Virus record (IMG/VR): IMGVR_UViG_3300037840_000188
Location: 1-64,000 of that record
DNA: 64,000 bases
Direction: 5' to 3' (one strand)
Source of the DNA: a virus
Shown: piece by piece, positions 1 to 10,055 of the stretch
Layout: each line of letters starts with the position of its first letter
How positions within the stretch are numbered: the first letter of the stretch is position 1
Notes under the pieces: generated by a model
The model's database searches: none
What the model was told of the DNA's origin: nothing
The model's input: the letters and a program-made list of their open reading frames with translations, nothing else
Program-made: the position numbers and the translations under genes

Positions 1-32
1 TTACCATCGAAGACCAGAAGTTAGTCGACCTG

Positions 33-248
33 GTGCAGGACGCCTTCGATAGGCAATACGAAATCAAAGTCACAGCCCATAATGAGGCTGTATCCTGGTG
101 TCGATCCAACTCTGGCTCAAAGTTCGCAACGGCGATTGTAAGGATGAATAACCCAGGTCACGCACTGGAAGTGGCTCCGACTATAGATCCAAAAGAGCGA
201 CGCAGGCAGGAGTTGCAGGAGCAATTGAAAGCACTCGACGGAAAGTAA
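33..248 (+). CDS. hypothetical protein (may begin upstream of the window)
   Basis: ORF abutting the next gene (TAA-ATG). Confidence 0.5.
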   Translation: MQDAFDRQYEIKVTAHNEAVSWCRSNSGSKFATAIVRMNNPGHALEVAPTIDPKERRRQELQEQLKALDGK

Positions 249-521
249 ATGCCCCTCGTCATCTGCCAATACTGGACCGAGCACGAAAGAGGGTGGGGTT
301 CACGACCCGATGGGTTCTCCCTCCATCTTTCGATGGCCGACCGAGACGCCTTCGTTAAGGAATACTGGCTCGATCAGCCCGATCAGGTGCCGGACGAGTA
401 TTCGGCTCCATCTGGAGATCCTATCCCAGTCGACGTTCCCGCATCGGTGGCGAAGAAAATAAGCGGCAACGGGCGCTCGTTTTTCGGGACGTTGGAGAAT
501 CTGATCAAGGACGCGGAATGA
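249..521 (+). CDS. hypothetical phage protein
   Basis: 90 aa ORF, ATGA overlap with next gene; WTEHERGWGSRPDG motif. Confidence 0.6.
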   Translation: MPLVICQYWTEHERGWGSRPDGFSLHLSMADRDAFVKEYWLDQPDQVPDEYSAPSGDPIPVDVPASVAKKISGNGRSFFGTLENLIKDAE

Positions 522-2014
522 GAATAGCCACCATCCGAATCACTAACCTCCTGGCCTTCCGCGAATGGGCATGTGAACTTCCCGCCGTCGCCCTCCTGAC
601 AGGAAAACATGGAGTCGGGAAATCTTCCCTCGAACGTGTCCTGACCTACGGCCTGGGTCGTCGCCCGCTGGCCGACAAGGGCGCAAAGTCCGTTCGTCAC
701 GATCCGGGAATGCTCCACGGTACTGCCGATAAGGGCGAGCTGCTGATCACGTTCTCCGATGACTCCGCCGCCGAATACTTCCGCTGTCGCGTAGAGCCCG
801 ACGGCACTGAGCGCAAGGTTAAGATGCGCGGCGCGAAGAAGTGGGAAGACGCTGGTGAGTTTCTCGACGAGATAACCAGCGCTCTTGCCTACGACCCGAT
901 GGCGTTCAAGGATCTGAGCGAGAAGGAGCGCTTGGAGGCTTTCCTCCGCGTGGTGCCGGTGGAGATAAGCACTCAGGAGGTCAACGAAGCCGTTGGTGGT
1001 CCGATTCCGATTTTATTACCCACTAAAATCGGCCTCGATACTATCAACGAAATTTATGACGCGATTTTCAAGGCCCGCACCACTGAGAATGGTAACGCTG
1101 ACCGCCTGGCGAAGCACGCTGCCGAGCTGGAGGCAACGATGCCACCAGCGTCAGTTGGGCCGCTTGCTGTCGACCCGCGCACGTTACGCGCTGATCTCGC
1201 GGCCCTCGACAAGAGCGAGCAGGATGAAATTCTGCGGATTGGGCGAGAGCTTCAGGTAAAACGTGACGCCATATCACTCACCAGACAACATAAGGACAAC
1301 GTTGTTAACGAAGAGATTGACGAAAAAATAGAGACGCTCCGTGAGAAGATCGCAGTATTGAACGCCGAGATTTCTGACCTGAACGTCTCCCGACAACAGA
1401 AGAAGGGCGTTAATGCCAGCGAGTCCGAGATCGCTATCCAATCCGCCCGTGACGCGGCCAACGCCGAGGCTACCGAGATCAAGACCGCTAACGCACCGCT
1501 TCGGAGCGATCTGACAGCCCGTATCGCCACCGCTGAAGAACGCGAGCGTAGTTCAGTCGTCATCGAAACGACCAGGAAGAACGCGGAAACGGCCCGCTCT
1601 GGAGCCGAGGGCCACAAGGCGCGCTCAAAGGCTATGACGGAAGCTCTCGACCGCCTAACCGCACTCAAGGCCACCGTCGCCTCTCGAATGACCGTTAAAG
1701 GCGTCACAATCGCTTCGCCGCGCGAAGGCCTGCCGGTGGATATCTGCCGAGAAGAGAAAGGCGCTCTTGTGCCGTTCTCTCGGTGGAATGACGCGGATAA
1801 AGATGCATTTGCGCTCCGCATGGCCATTCTGAATAAGAAGCAGTGCGGACTTGTCTGTATCGACAACATGGGCAATTGGTCCCCGGCGCGGCGAGAGCAG
1901 GTTATTGCACGGTGTCGTGAGTTAGTGGCCAGTGAGGGGATGCAGTTTCTGTTGGGGCTGGCAACTGACGAGGGGGATTTAAAAGTGGTAGATGCGACGG
2001 AGGTAAACCAGTGA
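518..2014 (+). CDS. SMC/Rad50-like P-loop ATPase with long coiled coil
   Basis: N-terminal IRITNL..F strand, Walker A GKHGVGKS, central coiled coil, C-terminal Walker B-like LVCIDN. Confidence 0.75.
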   Translation: MRIATIRITNLLAFREWACELPAVALLTGKHGVGKSSLERVLTYGLGRRPLADKGAKSVRHDPGMLHGTADKGELLITFSDDSAAEYFRCRVEPDGTERKVKMRGAKKWEDAGEFLDEITSALAYDPMAFKDLSEKERLEAFLRVVPVEISTQEVNEAVGGPIPILLPTKIGLDTINEIYDAIFKARTTENGNADRLAKHAAELEATMPPASVGPLAVDPRTLRADLAALDKSEQDEILRIGRELQVKRDAISLTRQHKDNVVNEEIDEKIETLREKIAVLNAEISDLNVSRQQKKGVNASESEIAIQSARDAANAEATEIKTANAPLRSDLTARIATAEERERSSVVIETTRKNAETARSGAEGHKARSKAMTEALDRLTALKATVASRMTVKGVTIASPREGLPVDICREEKGALVPFSRWNDADKDAFALRMAILNKKQCGLVCIDNMGNWSPARREQVIARCRELVASEGMQFLLGLATDEGDLKVVDATEVNQ

Positions 2015-2514
2015 GCCGTTTTTTCCTGGACACGGAATTCATAGAAAGTGGTCCCGGCAAGTCGATACAGTTGATTAGCATAGGCCTCGTCTGCGAAGAC
2101 GGTCGTGAGTTCTATGCGATCAGCAGTGAGTTTGATCCAGCGACCGCGAGCGATTGGGTGAAAGAAAATGTACTGGCTAAGTTAGAGCCGGACGTAGAGC
2201 GTCTTACGCTCAATCAGATCGCATACGTCCTTATCGCCTACATCTGGCCCAATTATCTGGACACAAAACCGAAACCTGAATTCTGGGGTTACTTCAGCGA
2301 TTACGACTGGGTTTGTTTTTGCCAGTGCTTCGGTACGATGATGGATCTTCCGAAAGGGTTTCCGATGTTTTGTCTCGATATCAAGCAACTATGCGTAAGT
2401 AAGGGCGATCCACGGCTGCCGGAACAAGGAAAGGGAGAGCATAATTCTCTCGCCGACGCCAAGTGGAATAAGCTGGCGTGGGAGTTTCTACAGTCCATCG
2501 AGGTGAGTCAATGA
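2011..2514 (+). CDS. DEDD 3'-5' exoribonuclease (Rv2179c/RNase AS-like)
   Basis: FFLDTEFIE, LISIGLV, WVKENVL, YDWV, HNSLADAKW motifs. Confidence 0.85.
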   Translation: MSRFFLDTEFIESGPGKSIQLISIGLVCEDGREFYAISSEFDPATASDWVKENVLAKLEPDVERLTLNQIAYVLIAYIWPNYLDTKPKPEFWGYFSDYDWVCFCQCFGTMMDLPKGFPMFCLDIKQLCVSKGDPRLPEQGKGEHNSLADAKWNKLAWEFLQSIEVSQ

Positions 2515-2861
2515 ACAAGCCTATGCCTCGCTGTCCGTGGTGCGTGCGGCAGAACGGAAAATGCTCTCGACATCCAAAGGGAGACCTAGCGCCCGCTGAC
2601 CCGCGTGAGAGTCCATTTGCATGGGCATCCATCGCTGGCGCTAAACCAGAGCCTGTTCACGTGAAGGAAGCTAAAGGAAGGCCCTGCGTATATACACTTG
2701 GCTGTGAAGATCCGTTCTTTCTTGATGATCCAATAGTAGTGTTATATGTGGATGAGTTGAGGCGACCAGAAAGTCTGACGACGCCCGAAGAGGAAGAAGA
2801 ATCTGAACGTAAATGGCGACTCAGAGCAGGAGAAAAACACGGCTGGAGCGGGCCAAAATAA
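2511..2861 (+). CDS. hypothetical protein
   Basis: ATGA-coupled ORF with GAGGTG RBS; N-terminal CxxC. Confidence 0.5.
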   Translation: MNKPMPRCPWCVRQNGKCSRHPKGDLAPADPRESPFAWASIAGAKPEPVHVKEAKGRPCVYTLGCEDPFFLDDPIVVLYVDELRRPESLTTPEEEEESERKWRLRAGEKHGWSGPK

Positions 2862-3062
2862 ATGCGTGACGCCTTCCACAATATAGTCTCCGGCTGGACC
2901 TTAGTATCTGGCCTCAACGCTCTTACCGACCGCATCGAAGAGGCGGCAGCGTGGACCGCCGTTAACGGCCCACTAGAGCCAGACGAAGAGGCTACGATCA
3001 AGCTGATGATCGAGGCGCAGATTGCACGCGGATTTGACGAGGGATTCGATGCTGAAGACTAA
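2862..3062 (+). CDS. hypothetical protein
   Basis: ORF in tightly packed operon. Confidence 0.45.
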   Translation: MRDAFHNIVSGWTLVSGLNALTDRIEEAAAWTAVNGPLEPDEEATIKLMIEAQIARGFDEGFDAED

Positions 3063-3354
3063 AGAGCTGTCCGACCCAAATTCTTGCCTGAGCAAAGCCC
3101 GCGACGACGAGTACATCTTCGTCCTCCTCGCCCGTGACGTTACAGCCCCAGCGGTCGTTCGGGAGTGGTGCCGCCTCCGCTGTCTTCACGGAAAGAACAC
3201 GCCGAAGGACGCGCAGATCACCGAGGCGCTGGCGTGGGCGGATCGCGTTGACAGGATCAGGCAGCATGACATGGTCGCCGCTACGGGCCTGGCTCACGAC
3301 CCGGCCACTTGCTGGCATTGTAAAAACGCAGAGATTACCGGAGCGCACAAGTGA
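3049..3354 (+). CDS. hypothetical phage protein (DEyiFvLlARD family)
   Basis: CLSKARDDEYIFVLLARD...VREW motif; resembles C-terminus of 30570-31136. Confidence 0.55.
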   Translation: MLKTKELSDPNSCLSKARDDEYIFVLLARDVTAPAVVREWCRLRCLHGKNTPKDAQITEALAWADRVDRIRQHDMVAATGLAHDPATCWHCKNAEITGAHK

Positions 3355-3355
3355 C

Positions 3356-3556
3356 ATGGCGGAGTATGGCGGAATCTCCATGGAAGAGTATTGTAAAATT
3401 CTCTTCGCTGATCTTGGATATCATGAATCATCTCAGCGTCGTGGATGGCTGAAACTGCGGTTCGGGAAATCGTATCTTGACGAGATGAATCAGGAAGAAT
3501 TGCATCATGCGGTCCAGGAGCTTAGGCGTGAAAAATATGGCGAAGAAGAAGTGTAA
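3356..3556 (+). CDS. hypothetical protein
   Basis: ORF packed between neighbours. Confidence 0.45.
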   Translation: MAEYGGISMEEYCKILFADLGYHESSQRRGWLKLRFGKSYLDEMNQEELHHAVQELRREKYGEEEV

Positions 3557-3773
3557 GGCTACCGCTGTCAGAGCGGTCGCTCCGCCCCCGGTTCCCGAAC
3601 CTCCCAACTTCACCGAAACCCAAGAGGACGAATTCCTCTCCTCTATCGTCGGCCTGAAGGTGACCGGCGCTCATTTCTGTGCGTGCCATGGCTACTGCTT
3701 TGAGTTCGACGACAGAATCCAGATGGTATTGCATGAGGGATGCGCGACGTGGCTGAAGAGGGCCGTACAGTGA
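3537..3773 (+). CDS. hypothetical protein
   Basis: overlap-coupled ORF. Confidence 0.45.
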   Translation: MAKKKCKATAVRAVAPPPVPEPPNFTETQEDEFLSSIVGLKVTGAHFCACHGYCFEFDDRIQMVLHEGCATWLKRAVQ

Positions 3774-3997
3774 ATATCTCGCCCGAACAATCCGCCCTCG
3801 AATCCTGGTGGAACGAGGACCCGGAAATGCGCCGCGTAGAGGTCATGTGCGGTGACCACATGAGAGTGAACGTGCGCCTCTGGCGAGTCACCATGGACCC
3901 GACTGTAGAGGCTGGGGAGGAAATGGTCGCGGAGTTCGAGGCCGGGACACTCCTGGATGCTATCAATGGAGCGATACAGAAGGCAGCGGCGTCATGA
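3770..3997 (+). CDS. hypothetical protein
   Basis: GTGA-coupled ORF. Confidence 0.45.
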   Translation: MNISPEQSALESWWNEDPEMRRVEVMCGDHMRVNVRLWRVTMDPTVEAGEEMVAEFEAGTLLDAINGAIQKAAAS

Positions 3998-4330
3998 GTA
4001 GCGGTCCATCCGTCGTCCCCGCCAGCGCTATTTCCTGTCCCTGCGGTTTCGAATTCTCTCCGAAGTTTTGGGCGCAATTGAAGTGCTTCGGATGGGTGGT
4101 GTGCGAGCGATGTCGGCGGCAGTTTACCAGTCCCGGGTATCCCATGGGGGAGAGGGCTGCGCTGTGACTGATCCAGCCGATAGTCTTCGCCTGTCTATCT
4201 GGCATTGTAAGTCATGCCTGAAATGTATTCGGATGCCACTGAAGCTCGTGAGAATGCTGCGTGCGGGAGAGGTGGCTTATGTTTGCGGTACGGAAGGTCA
4301 TCGCATTGAGCTTGAGAGGTGGGAGAGATA

Positions 4331-4630
4331 ATGCCCGCTAGAATCCCCATATCAGCCGCTTCCGATGTCGGCAAGAAGCACAAATGTAAGCAGGTTATTC
4401 TGCTCGCCTTTGACGATGAAGGAAGAACCCACGTAACGACATGGGGTCGCTCTGCCGATGACTGTGCTCAGGCCGCTGCCGGTGGAAATATGCTGAAGAA
4501 GAAGTGGGGCTGGCCGGAGTGTAATGATCAGCCGTCGAGGGTGCGCGAACTGCAATCCGAGGTGAGTGATCTGCGGGACAGAATCAAAGAGATGCAAGCC
4601 TGTCTGGAAGTGAAGGAGGCGCGGGAATGA
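4331..4630 (+). CDS. hypothetical protein with C-terminal coiled coil
   Basis: GGAG RBS, coupled to next gene. Confidence 0.55.
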   Translation: MPARIPISAASDVGKKHKCKQVILLAFDDEGRTHVTTWGRSADDCAQAAAGGNMLKKKWGWPECNDQPSRVRELQSEVSDLRDRIKEMQACLEVKEARE

Positions 4631-5121
4631 TCGTCAGGTGTGATATTTGCAAGTTCAGTTTCGAGGATGAGTATCGCAGTCACTGTTGCCCTCACGAAAC
4701 CTTTGCCGCGAACGATGGCAGGAATAACTTCGCACATCATCCGGGGAGTTATCTAGGGGCAGCGAATGGCGGCAATGGTTTGGGTCCGAAAGTCCTCGAA
4801 TACGCTCACAACGGCAGGCGCATCGACATTCAGCGTGAAATTGGTGACTGGTATCGCAATAATGGCGGCCACGCTGGCATCACCGCTGCTATAGAGCGAA
4901 CAAAGAAAGAGTTTGATGAACTGACAAACGCAACTACACCCGAGCACATTCGCGAAGAAGCCGCAGATGCAGCAATGTGCTTATTCACCGTTGCCGAGAT
5001 CGCTGGGTTTGACCTGATATCCGCAATGACGGATAAGCTGGCTATCAACGAGCAGCGCAAATGGACTGTTGATTCGCAGGGCTGCCTTCATCACGTAAAA
5101 GGATCGGACCCGCGCGAATGA
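4627..5121 (+). CDS. MazG-like all-alpha NTP pyrophosphohydrolase
   Basis: KKEFDEL...IREEAADAAMCL...KLAINEQRKW (ExxE...ExAD metal ligands). Confidence 0.7.
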   Translation: MIVRCDICKFSFEDEYRSHCCPHETFAANDGRNNFAHHPGSYLGAANGGNGLGPKVLEYAHNGRRIDIQREIGDWYRNNGGHAGITAAIERTKKEFDELTNATTPEHIREEAADAAMCLFTVAEIAGFDLISAMTDKLAINEQRKWTVDSQGCLHHVKGSDPRE

Positions 5122-5621
5122 TTTTCTGCGGCCCCTCCGGCGCAATCTTTAGTGAGGATCGCGTATACAGGCATTTGCTCTGGCGTATCAATGGGCCGGG
5201 GCCACTCCTGATGATGTTGATGCTCAATCCGTCGATTGCCGACGCCGAGCGCTCGGACCCGACTGTTTCTCGTCAAATCAAACGCGCCCATCTTCTCGGC
5301 TGCTGTGGTGGCCTAATCGTCGCCAACGCCTACGATCTTGTCTCGACCGATCCGCGTGCCCTGAAGACGCATCCCGCACCCCTCTCGCCGCACAACAACC
5401 GCTACATTACAGAGGCGGCGCGCCATGTCCACGAGTCTGGCGGAAAGGTAATCGCCGGGTGGGGAGCGCACTGCTCTACCGACCGGCAGAATTACATTCA
5501 CTCGTTGTTTCAGGAACTCGACATCCCACTGCTCTGCTTGGGGCAGAATGAGGATATGTCGCCGCGTCATCCTTTATATATCGGGTACTCGGTTCAGCCT
5601 GCGCCTTGGTTGTATTTTTGA
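5118..5621 (+). CDS. DUF1643 family protein
   Basis: YRHLLWR, MLNPSIAD..SDPT, STDP, AGWG, PRHPLY motifs. Confidence 0.85.
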   Translation: MIFCGPSGAIFSEDRVYRHLLWRINGPGPLLMMLMLNPSIADAERSDPTVSRQIKRAHLLGCCGGLIVANAYDLVSTDPRALKTHPAPLSPHNNRYITEAARHVHESGGKVIAGWGAHCSTDRQNYIHSLFQELDIPLLCLGQNEDMSPRHPLYIGYSVQPAPWLYF

Positions 5622-5624
5622 GAG

Positions 5625-7100
5625 ATGCTGCCAACCCTACGCGATTACCAAGTACGGGACCTGGAAGCCATTCGTGAGGCTTTTAAGTATCATCGGGCCG
5701 TCCTCCTTCAGCAGCCGTGCGGGTCTGGGAAGGGCACCCTCGCATCATACATCGTAAAATCTGCGGCACAAAAGGGCAATCGCGTTATCTTTATGGTGGA
5801 TCGTCGCAGTTTGGTCGACGACATGAGCGACCGAATCAAAAGGCTAGACGTACCACATGGCGTTATTATGGCTACTGATTCACGTAGGGCACCGTGGGAG
5901 CCCATTCAAGTAGCCAGCATCGATACGATTACCCGCCGCGACACCCCCCCCGCCGCAGACATCTTGATTGTGGATGAGGCGCGTTTCAGTATTTCTGCTA
6001 AATGGAGAAAAGTTTTCGATAAGTACCCAAACGCGCGAATCCTTGGTTTGGATGCTACGCCAGCGCGTACGAGCGGAGAGGGATTAGGGAGATCCAGTGG
6101 TGGTATCTATGATCATATGGTTGTCGGACCTTCGGCTCAAGAGTTAATAAACAAGGGCCATCTCGTCAGATCGCACGTAATAGCGCCACCGCCCGTAGCC
6201 GCGCCATCAAGGGTCGTCGCTGGCGAGTTTCCCGCTGGTGCCGTATCGGCTGCCTGTGACACTAATCAAATAATCGGTGATGTTGTTAAGCAATGGAAGA
6301 AGCATGCAAGCGACCGTAAGACAGTTGGCTTTGGAGCGGATCAGAAGCATTGCCTGCATATGGCCGAGATGTTTCGTGAGGAAGGGATTGAAGCTACCAC
6401 TGTTTTCGATAGCACGCCTACTCTTGAGCGTCGTCGGCTCTGGAGTGATTTTAATTCCGGAACATTGCGCATTTTGATCTCAGTTGGCGTCATAGGATAT
6501 GGGGTCGATTTCCCTATATGTAAGGCGATTATCGACGCCGCTCACACGATGTCTCTTTCGAAGGCTATCCAGCGCTGGGCTCGTGGATCTCGTCCATTCA
6601 GCGGGTACGATTATTTCGTCCTCCTTGACCATGTTGGCAATATCGACCGCCGTTCACCACTAGCCCCTAATGGTTTCGGTTTTTATGAGGATGATCGTAT
6701 CTGGAGCCTTGAGGGGAGGGCTGTCCGTTCGCCCGAAGATGGTGATGATATGTCAGCGGGGATGGTTACTTGTCCGAAGTGCTATCACCGTTTCCGGTAC
6801 GGAAAAAAGGAGTGCCCAGGCTGCGGCTTTGCTATTACCGTAAAGCATCGGATAATGACTGTTGTCGAAGAAGAATTAGTCGAGCGCAAGCGCGCCGAGC
6901 AGAAAACGATGGCCATTGAAGAGTGGCGGACTAAATTGACAGATGAGGACAAGCGTCGGAAGTACGATGAGTGGAGAATAAAAGGTAAAAAACGGGGATA
7001 CAAAAATCAGTGGGCGGATTTATGTTGGAAACGGGTTTTCGGGTCTTGGCCATCAAAGGAATGGCGTAATTCTCCAATACCGGAAGAGGCGACGTTTTGA
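5625..7100 (+). CDS. SF2 DEAD/DEAH-like helicase with C-terminal Zn ribbon
   Basis: LRDYQ, PCGSGKG (Walker A variant), VDEAR, ATP motif III, QRWARGSR, LDHVGN, CPKC...CPGC. Confidence 0.9.
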   Translation: MLPTLRDYQVRDLEAIREAFKYHRAVLLQQPCGSGKGTLASYIVKSAAQKGNRVIFMVDRRSLVDDMSDRIKRLDVPHGVIMATDSRRAPWEPIQVASIDTITRRDTPPAADILIVDEARFSISAKWRKVFDKYPNARILGLDATPARTSGEGLGRSSGGIYDHMVVGPSAQELINKGHLVRSHVIAPPPVAAPSRVVAGEFPAGAVSAACDTNQIIGDVVKQWKKHASDRKTVGFGADQKHCLHMAEMFREEGIEATTVFDSTPTLERRRLWSDFNSGTLRILISVGVIGYGVDFPICKAIIDAAHTMSLSKAIQRWARGSRPFSGYDYFVLLDHVGNIDRRSPLAPNGFGFYEDDRIWSLEGRAVRSPEDGDDMSAGMVTCPKCYHRFRYGKKECPGCGFAITVKHRIMTVVEEELVERKRAEQKTMAIEEWRTKLTDEDKRRKYDEWRIKGKKRGYKNQWADLCWKRVFGSWPSKEWRNSPIPEEATF

Positions 7101-7579
7101 GGAAGCCGAAATCTCCAGCACAGTCACTGGCTGATGATTTTACAGAGGCGGCAGGCAGGCTATGGCCGCATACCCTGATGCACTGGGAAACAAAATTAAA
7201 CGGCACATTTGTTCCATTTAACTACGTGAAAAAGTCCGTCACGATACTGGAGGGAGTCATGGCCAGCAGACCAGAGATGAGAAATATTCTCGGGTCCGCC
7301 ATCGCGCTCCTCATGCATCCAGTAAAAAGCGGGCTTATTGGCGGCCCCGATAGTACTGCCATAATCGGCCACGCTCCTGGGGCGACCGTAGCACCAGGAA
7401 CTCATGCAGGCATTGAATATAAGGCAAAGTACGAACGGGGGCACGACACACAGAAAGATCAGCAGATTCTGTGTCAGGAAAATATAGAGCGCCACGGTGG
7501 CGTGTACATTCTTGTGGAATCCGTCGATCAGGGCATAGCCGATCTTAAGAAATACGCCGGTCCCGGAGAAAAAAAATGA
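7097..7579 (+). CDS. VRR-NUC-like PD-(D/E)xK nuclease
   Basis: GGPD...IEYKA...Q...Q...GGVYILVESVD, adjacent to helicase. Confidence 0.7.
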   Translation: MRKPKSPAQSLADDFTEAAGRLWPHTLMHWETKLNGTFVPFNYVKKSVTILEGVMASRPEMRNILGSAIALLMHPVKSGLIGGPDSTAIIGHAPGATVAPGTHAGIEYKAKYERGHDTQKDQQILCQENIERHGGVYILVESVDQGIADLKKYAGPGEKK

Positions 7580-7842
7580 CCACCACGCAACTCCGCGCTC
7601 TTAAAAAGGCTATGAAGAACGCTGTCTCGAACGCCAATATCCAGATTAGGGGCGGAATCCCAGATCCCGCAATCACCTATAAACTGCGAGTGCTGTGTGA
7701 CGAGCACGGCTACGGCAACGTAATGGCCACGGTATCCAGTCTCTGGAGACAAAAGGACCCGGTCGGAGCGTTTGCGTTCGGGCCGTGCATTGGGACGGTT
7801 GATCGGTTTTTGGATCTGGCGAAGAAGGCGGGGTTTGAGTAA
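7576..7842 (+). CDS. hypothetical protein
   Basis: ATGA-coupled ORF. Confidence 0.5.
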   Translation: MTTTQLRALKKAMKNAVSNANIQIRGGIPDPAITYKLRVLCDEHGYGNVMATVSSLWRQKDPVGAFAFGPCIGTVDRFLDLAKKAGFE

Positions 7843-8109
7843 ATGGGCGACATCTACAGTAATCCGAATGGTGCGGGCGGAGAGGACATTCTCGGACCGA
7901 CGCAGGCGCAGAATCCGAAACAGTCCGACGCTCAGAGGTACTTCGATTTTCTGAAGCGCATCACGAGCTATATGAACCCTGCGCAGATCCGACGTGATGC
8001 TTCAGCAAAGAGCAGCATCCTCAGCTACGAGGAATACCTGGAAATGGCTTACGAAAACGTCCTGAACGACGCGCGAATGGCCATCAAAGGCAAGCGGAGA
8101 CCGATATGA
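7843..8109 (+). CDS. hypothetical protein
   Basis: coupled ORF. Confidence 0.5.
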   Translation: MGDIYSNPNGAGGEDILGPTQAQNPKQSDAQRYFDFLKRITSYMNPAQIRRDASAKSSILSYEEYLEMAYENVLNDARMAIKGKRRPI

Positions 8110-8535
8110 GCCGCGCCGGATACCACGATGACGTAGAGCAGTGGGCACTCATTCGCTGGCGCGGGCAAGGTGGCCAGCGCAACGCGAGGCAAACGCGGCC
8201 AGAAGATGCTTGCCGATCTCTTGGCGGCTCTCGATGCCATGCCAAATAAAGCCCTCGTACAGCACGAACTAAAGGCCGAAGACGGCGAAGTGTGTGCCCT
8301 TGGGGCGCTTGGAGAAGCCCGGGGAATAGACATGGACGGCCTCGATCCGGAAGAGCCGGACGAAGTAGCCGCTGCGTTTGATATCGCTTCGCCACTCGCA
8401 CGGGAGGTCGTCTATATGAACGACGAGTATTTTGACTATGAGTACGTCGGCAATCGACGCGTCGATATTACTCCTGAAAAACGGTGGGAAAAGATGCGGG
8501 CTTGGGTGGCGGGGCAGATAAAGGTGAGCGCGTGA
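8106..8535 (+). pseudogene. conserved phage protein with apparent 1-nt frameshift near 8169
   Basis: ATG at 8106 reads MSRAGYHDDVEQWALIRWRGQ; the sequence continues +1 as VASATRGKRGQKMLADLLAALDAMP. Confidence 0.55.
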
Positions 8536-8963
8536 GGGAGTCTACTACAAAGCAGGAGCGTGTCACTCAATGCAACGAGATCCTTCGCATCTGCGCCTCG
8601 CATGGACGCCGTTTTTTCAGTCACGACGCGGACCGCCTGGAGCGCGAGACCAATCCAGCTATTAGCCATTTTGAGCTTGACCCACGCGGACGTATCTGGT
8701 TTATTGACAAGTATACGGGGAAGCGAATCTACACGGCATACAAATACAAGTGGCGCGGCTTCAGTGACGGCGGTACGCTGCGTTCTCTCTGTGACGCTTT
8801 GTGCGATTACATTCGAGCGGAAAAGAATACTATCCCGCTGGGGCATTTTGGTCCTTTTCAGGAATGGCGCTGTGGTGGCGATCCGTGGGCATACGGCAAG
8901 GAAGAGATGGCGGAGGTCAGGCGCAAGGTAGTGGAGATATTCAATCCCGAGGTAACAGCATGA
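8532..8963 (+). CDS. hypothetical phage protein
   Basis: GTGA-coupled; HGRRFF, GRIWFIDKY, WRGFSDGGTLR, WAY motifs. Confidence 0.6.
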   Translation: MRESTTKQERVTQCNEILRICASHGRRFFSHDADRLERETNPAISHFELDPRGRIWFIDKYTGKRIYTAYKYKWRGFSDGGTLRSLCDALCDYIRAEKNTIPLGHFGPFQEWRCGGDPWAYGKEEMAEVRRKVVEIFNPEVTA

Positions 8964-9418
8964 TAGTCATCGACTACGTCCGCGAAGAGGTCGAGCGCCA
9001 AGGTCATAATATCCACACCCTCGACGGCATCGAGCGCGTTGGGTGGATGCTGGATGCATGGGCTCACGCGCTTGCGAACGCCGACAGTGAACCAACGATA
9101 TCCGGAGCGATCCAGCTTGGAATGATGATAGAGCGGCATAAAAATGCCAATGGAATCAGAAAATGCCAAGTCCGTGTCGGTAGCCGTACGTGCCCTGACT
9201 TCAAGGACGTACCGAGATTACTGGAAGGACTTTTCAGTTACAATCGAAAATTTCCTCCGCCTTTGGAATTTTACAGGCAATTTGAAGAGATTCATCCATT
9301 CGAGGACGGCAACGGGCGCACTGGGAAAATATTGCTCAATTGGCTGAACGGATCACTCCTCGATAGCCCAATCTTTCCGCCCGACAACTTTTGGGGAAGA
9401 CCAATAAGAAACCCGTAG
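8960..9418 (+). CDS. Fic/DOC family protein
   Basis: HPFEDGNGRTGK motif (HPFxxGNGR). Confidence 0.9.
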   Translation: MIVIDYVREEVERQGHNIHTLDGIERVGWMLDAWAHALANADSEPTISGAIQLGMMIERHKNANGIRKCQVRVGSRTCPDFKDVPRLLEGLFSYNRKFPPPLEFYRQFEEIHPFEDGNGRTGKILLNWLNGSLLDSPIFPPDNFWGRPIRNP

Positions 9419-9423
9419 AGATT

Positions 9424-10050
9424 ATGGACACCACCCAGCAACGCAAAGCCGACACCCAGCACCCACTGACGAATCGGGGACCAGCCGCCAGGACCCCAAT
9501 CGGCGGAAAATTTCTGGCGCACGGCTTGACACCTGCGACGTTCCAGCCGCTTCCGAAGCCTCGCAAGACCACGATCCATGCCACAGGAGTGCCGTCAGGC
9601 CCTAAGTGTCAGTTCGTATCGATTGCGCGGTCGAACGCCTCCAAGTCTGATGTCGCAGAACATCTACGCCTGCATAACGAGAGGCAGGCGCAGTTAAAAC
9701 CAACGGGCTTCATACCTGGACAGAAATGCTCGTGGTGCCTTGAGGCGTTCGCCACTCAACCGCTCTATTCGCAGCATCGGCACGTATGCAGTCAGAGACC
9801 AGGCGGACCGCTTCCAGTAGGCCCGCTTTGGGCTACTATGGGCGGGACCCGTCTGGATATTTTCTCCGTATGTGAGTGCGGCGCTGGATTTTCCACGCGA
9901 TCCGCAAAGAAGCGCCATGTGGCAACAGGAGAGTGCCCGCTGGAGCATGTTCCGGACCCGACAATGTGTTGGCTGTGCGGGGACTGGTCCCCTACTCGCG
10001 GGGAGTGGAAGGCGCATCGGCATACTTGCGTGAGACAGGGGGCGGACTAA
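9424..10050 (+). CDS. protein with three C2HC/C2H2-like zinc fingers
   Basis: CSWC..F..HRHVC, CECGAGF..RH....EC, CWLC...AHRHTC. Confidence 0.55.
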   Translation: MDTTQQRKADTQHPLTNRGPAARTPIGGKFLAHGLTPATFQPLPKPRKTTIHATGVPSGPKCQFVSIARSNASKSDVAEHLRLHNERQAQLKPTGFIPGQKCSWCLEAFATQPLYSQHRHVCSQRPGGPLPVGPLWATMGGTRLDIFSVCECGAGFSTRSAKKRHVATGECPLEHVPDPTMCWLCGDWSPTRGEWKAHRHTCVRQGAD

Positions 10051-10055
10051 CAAAT

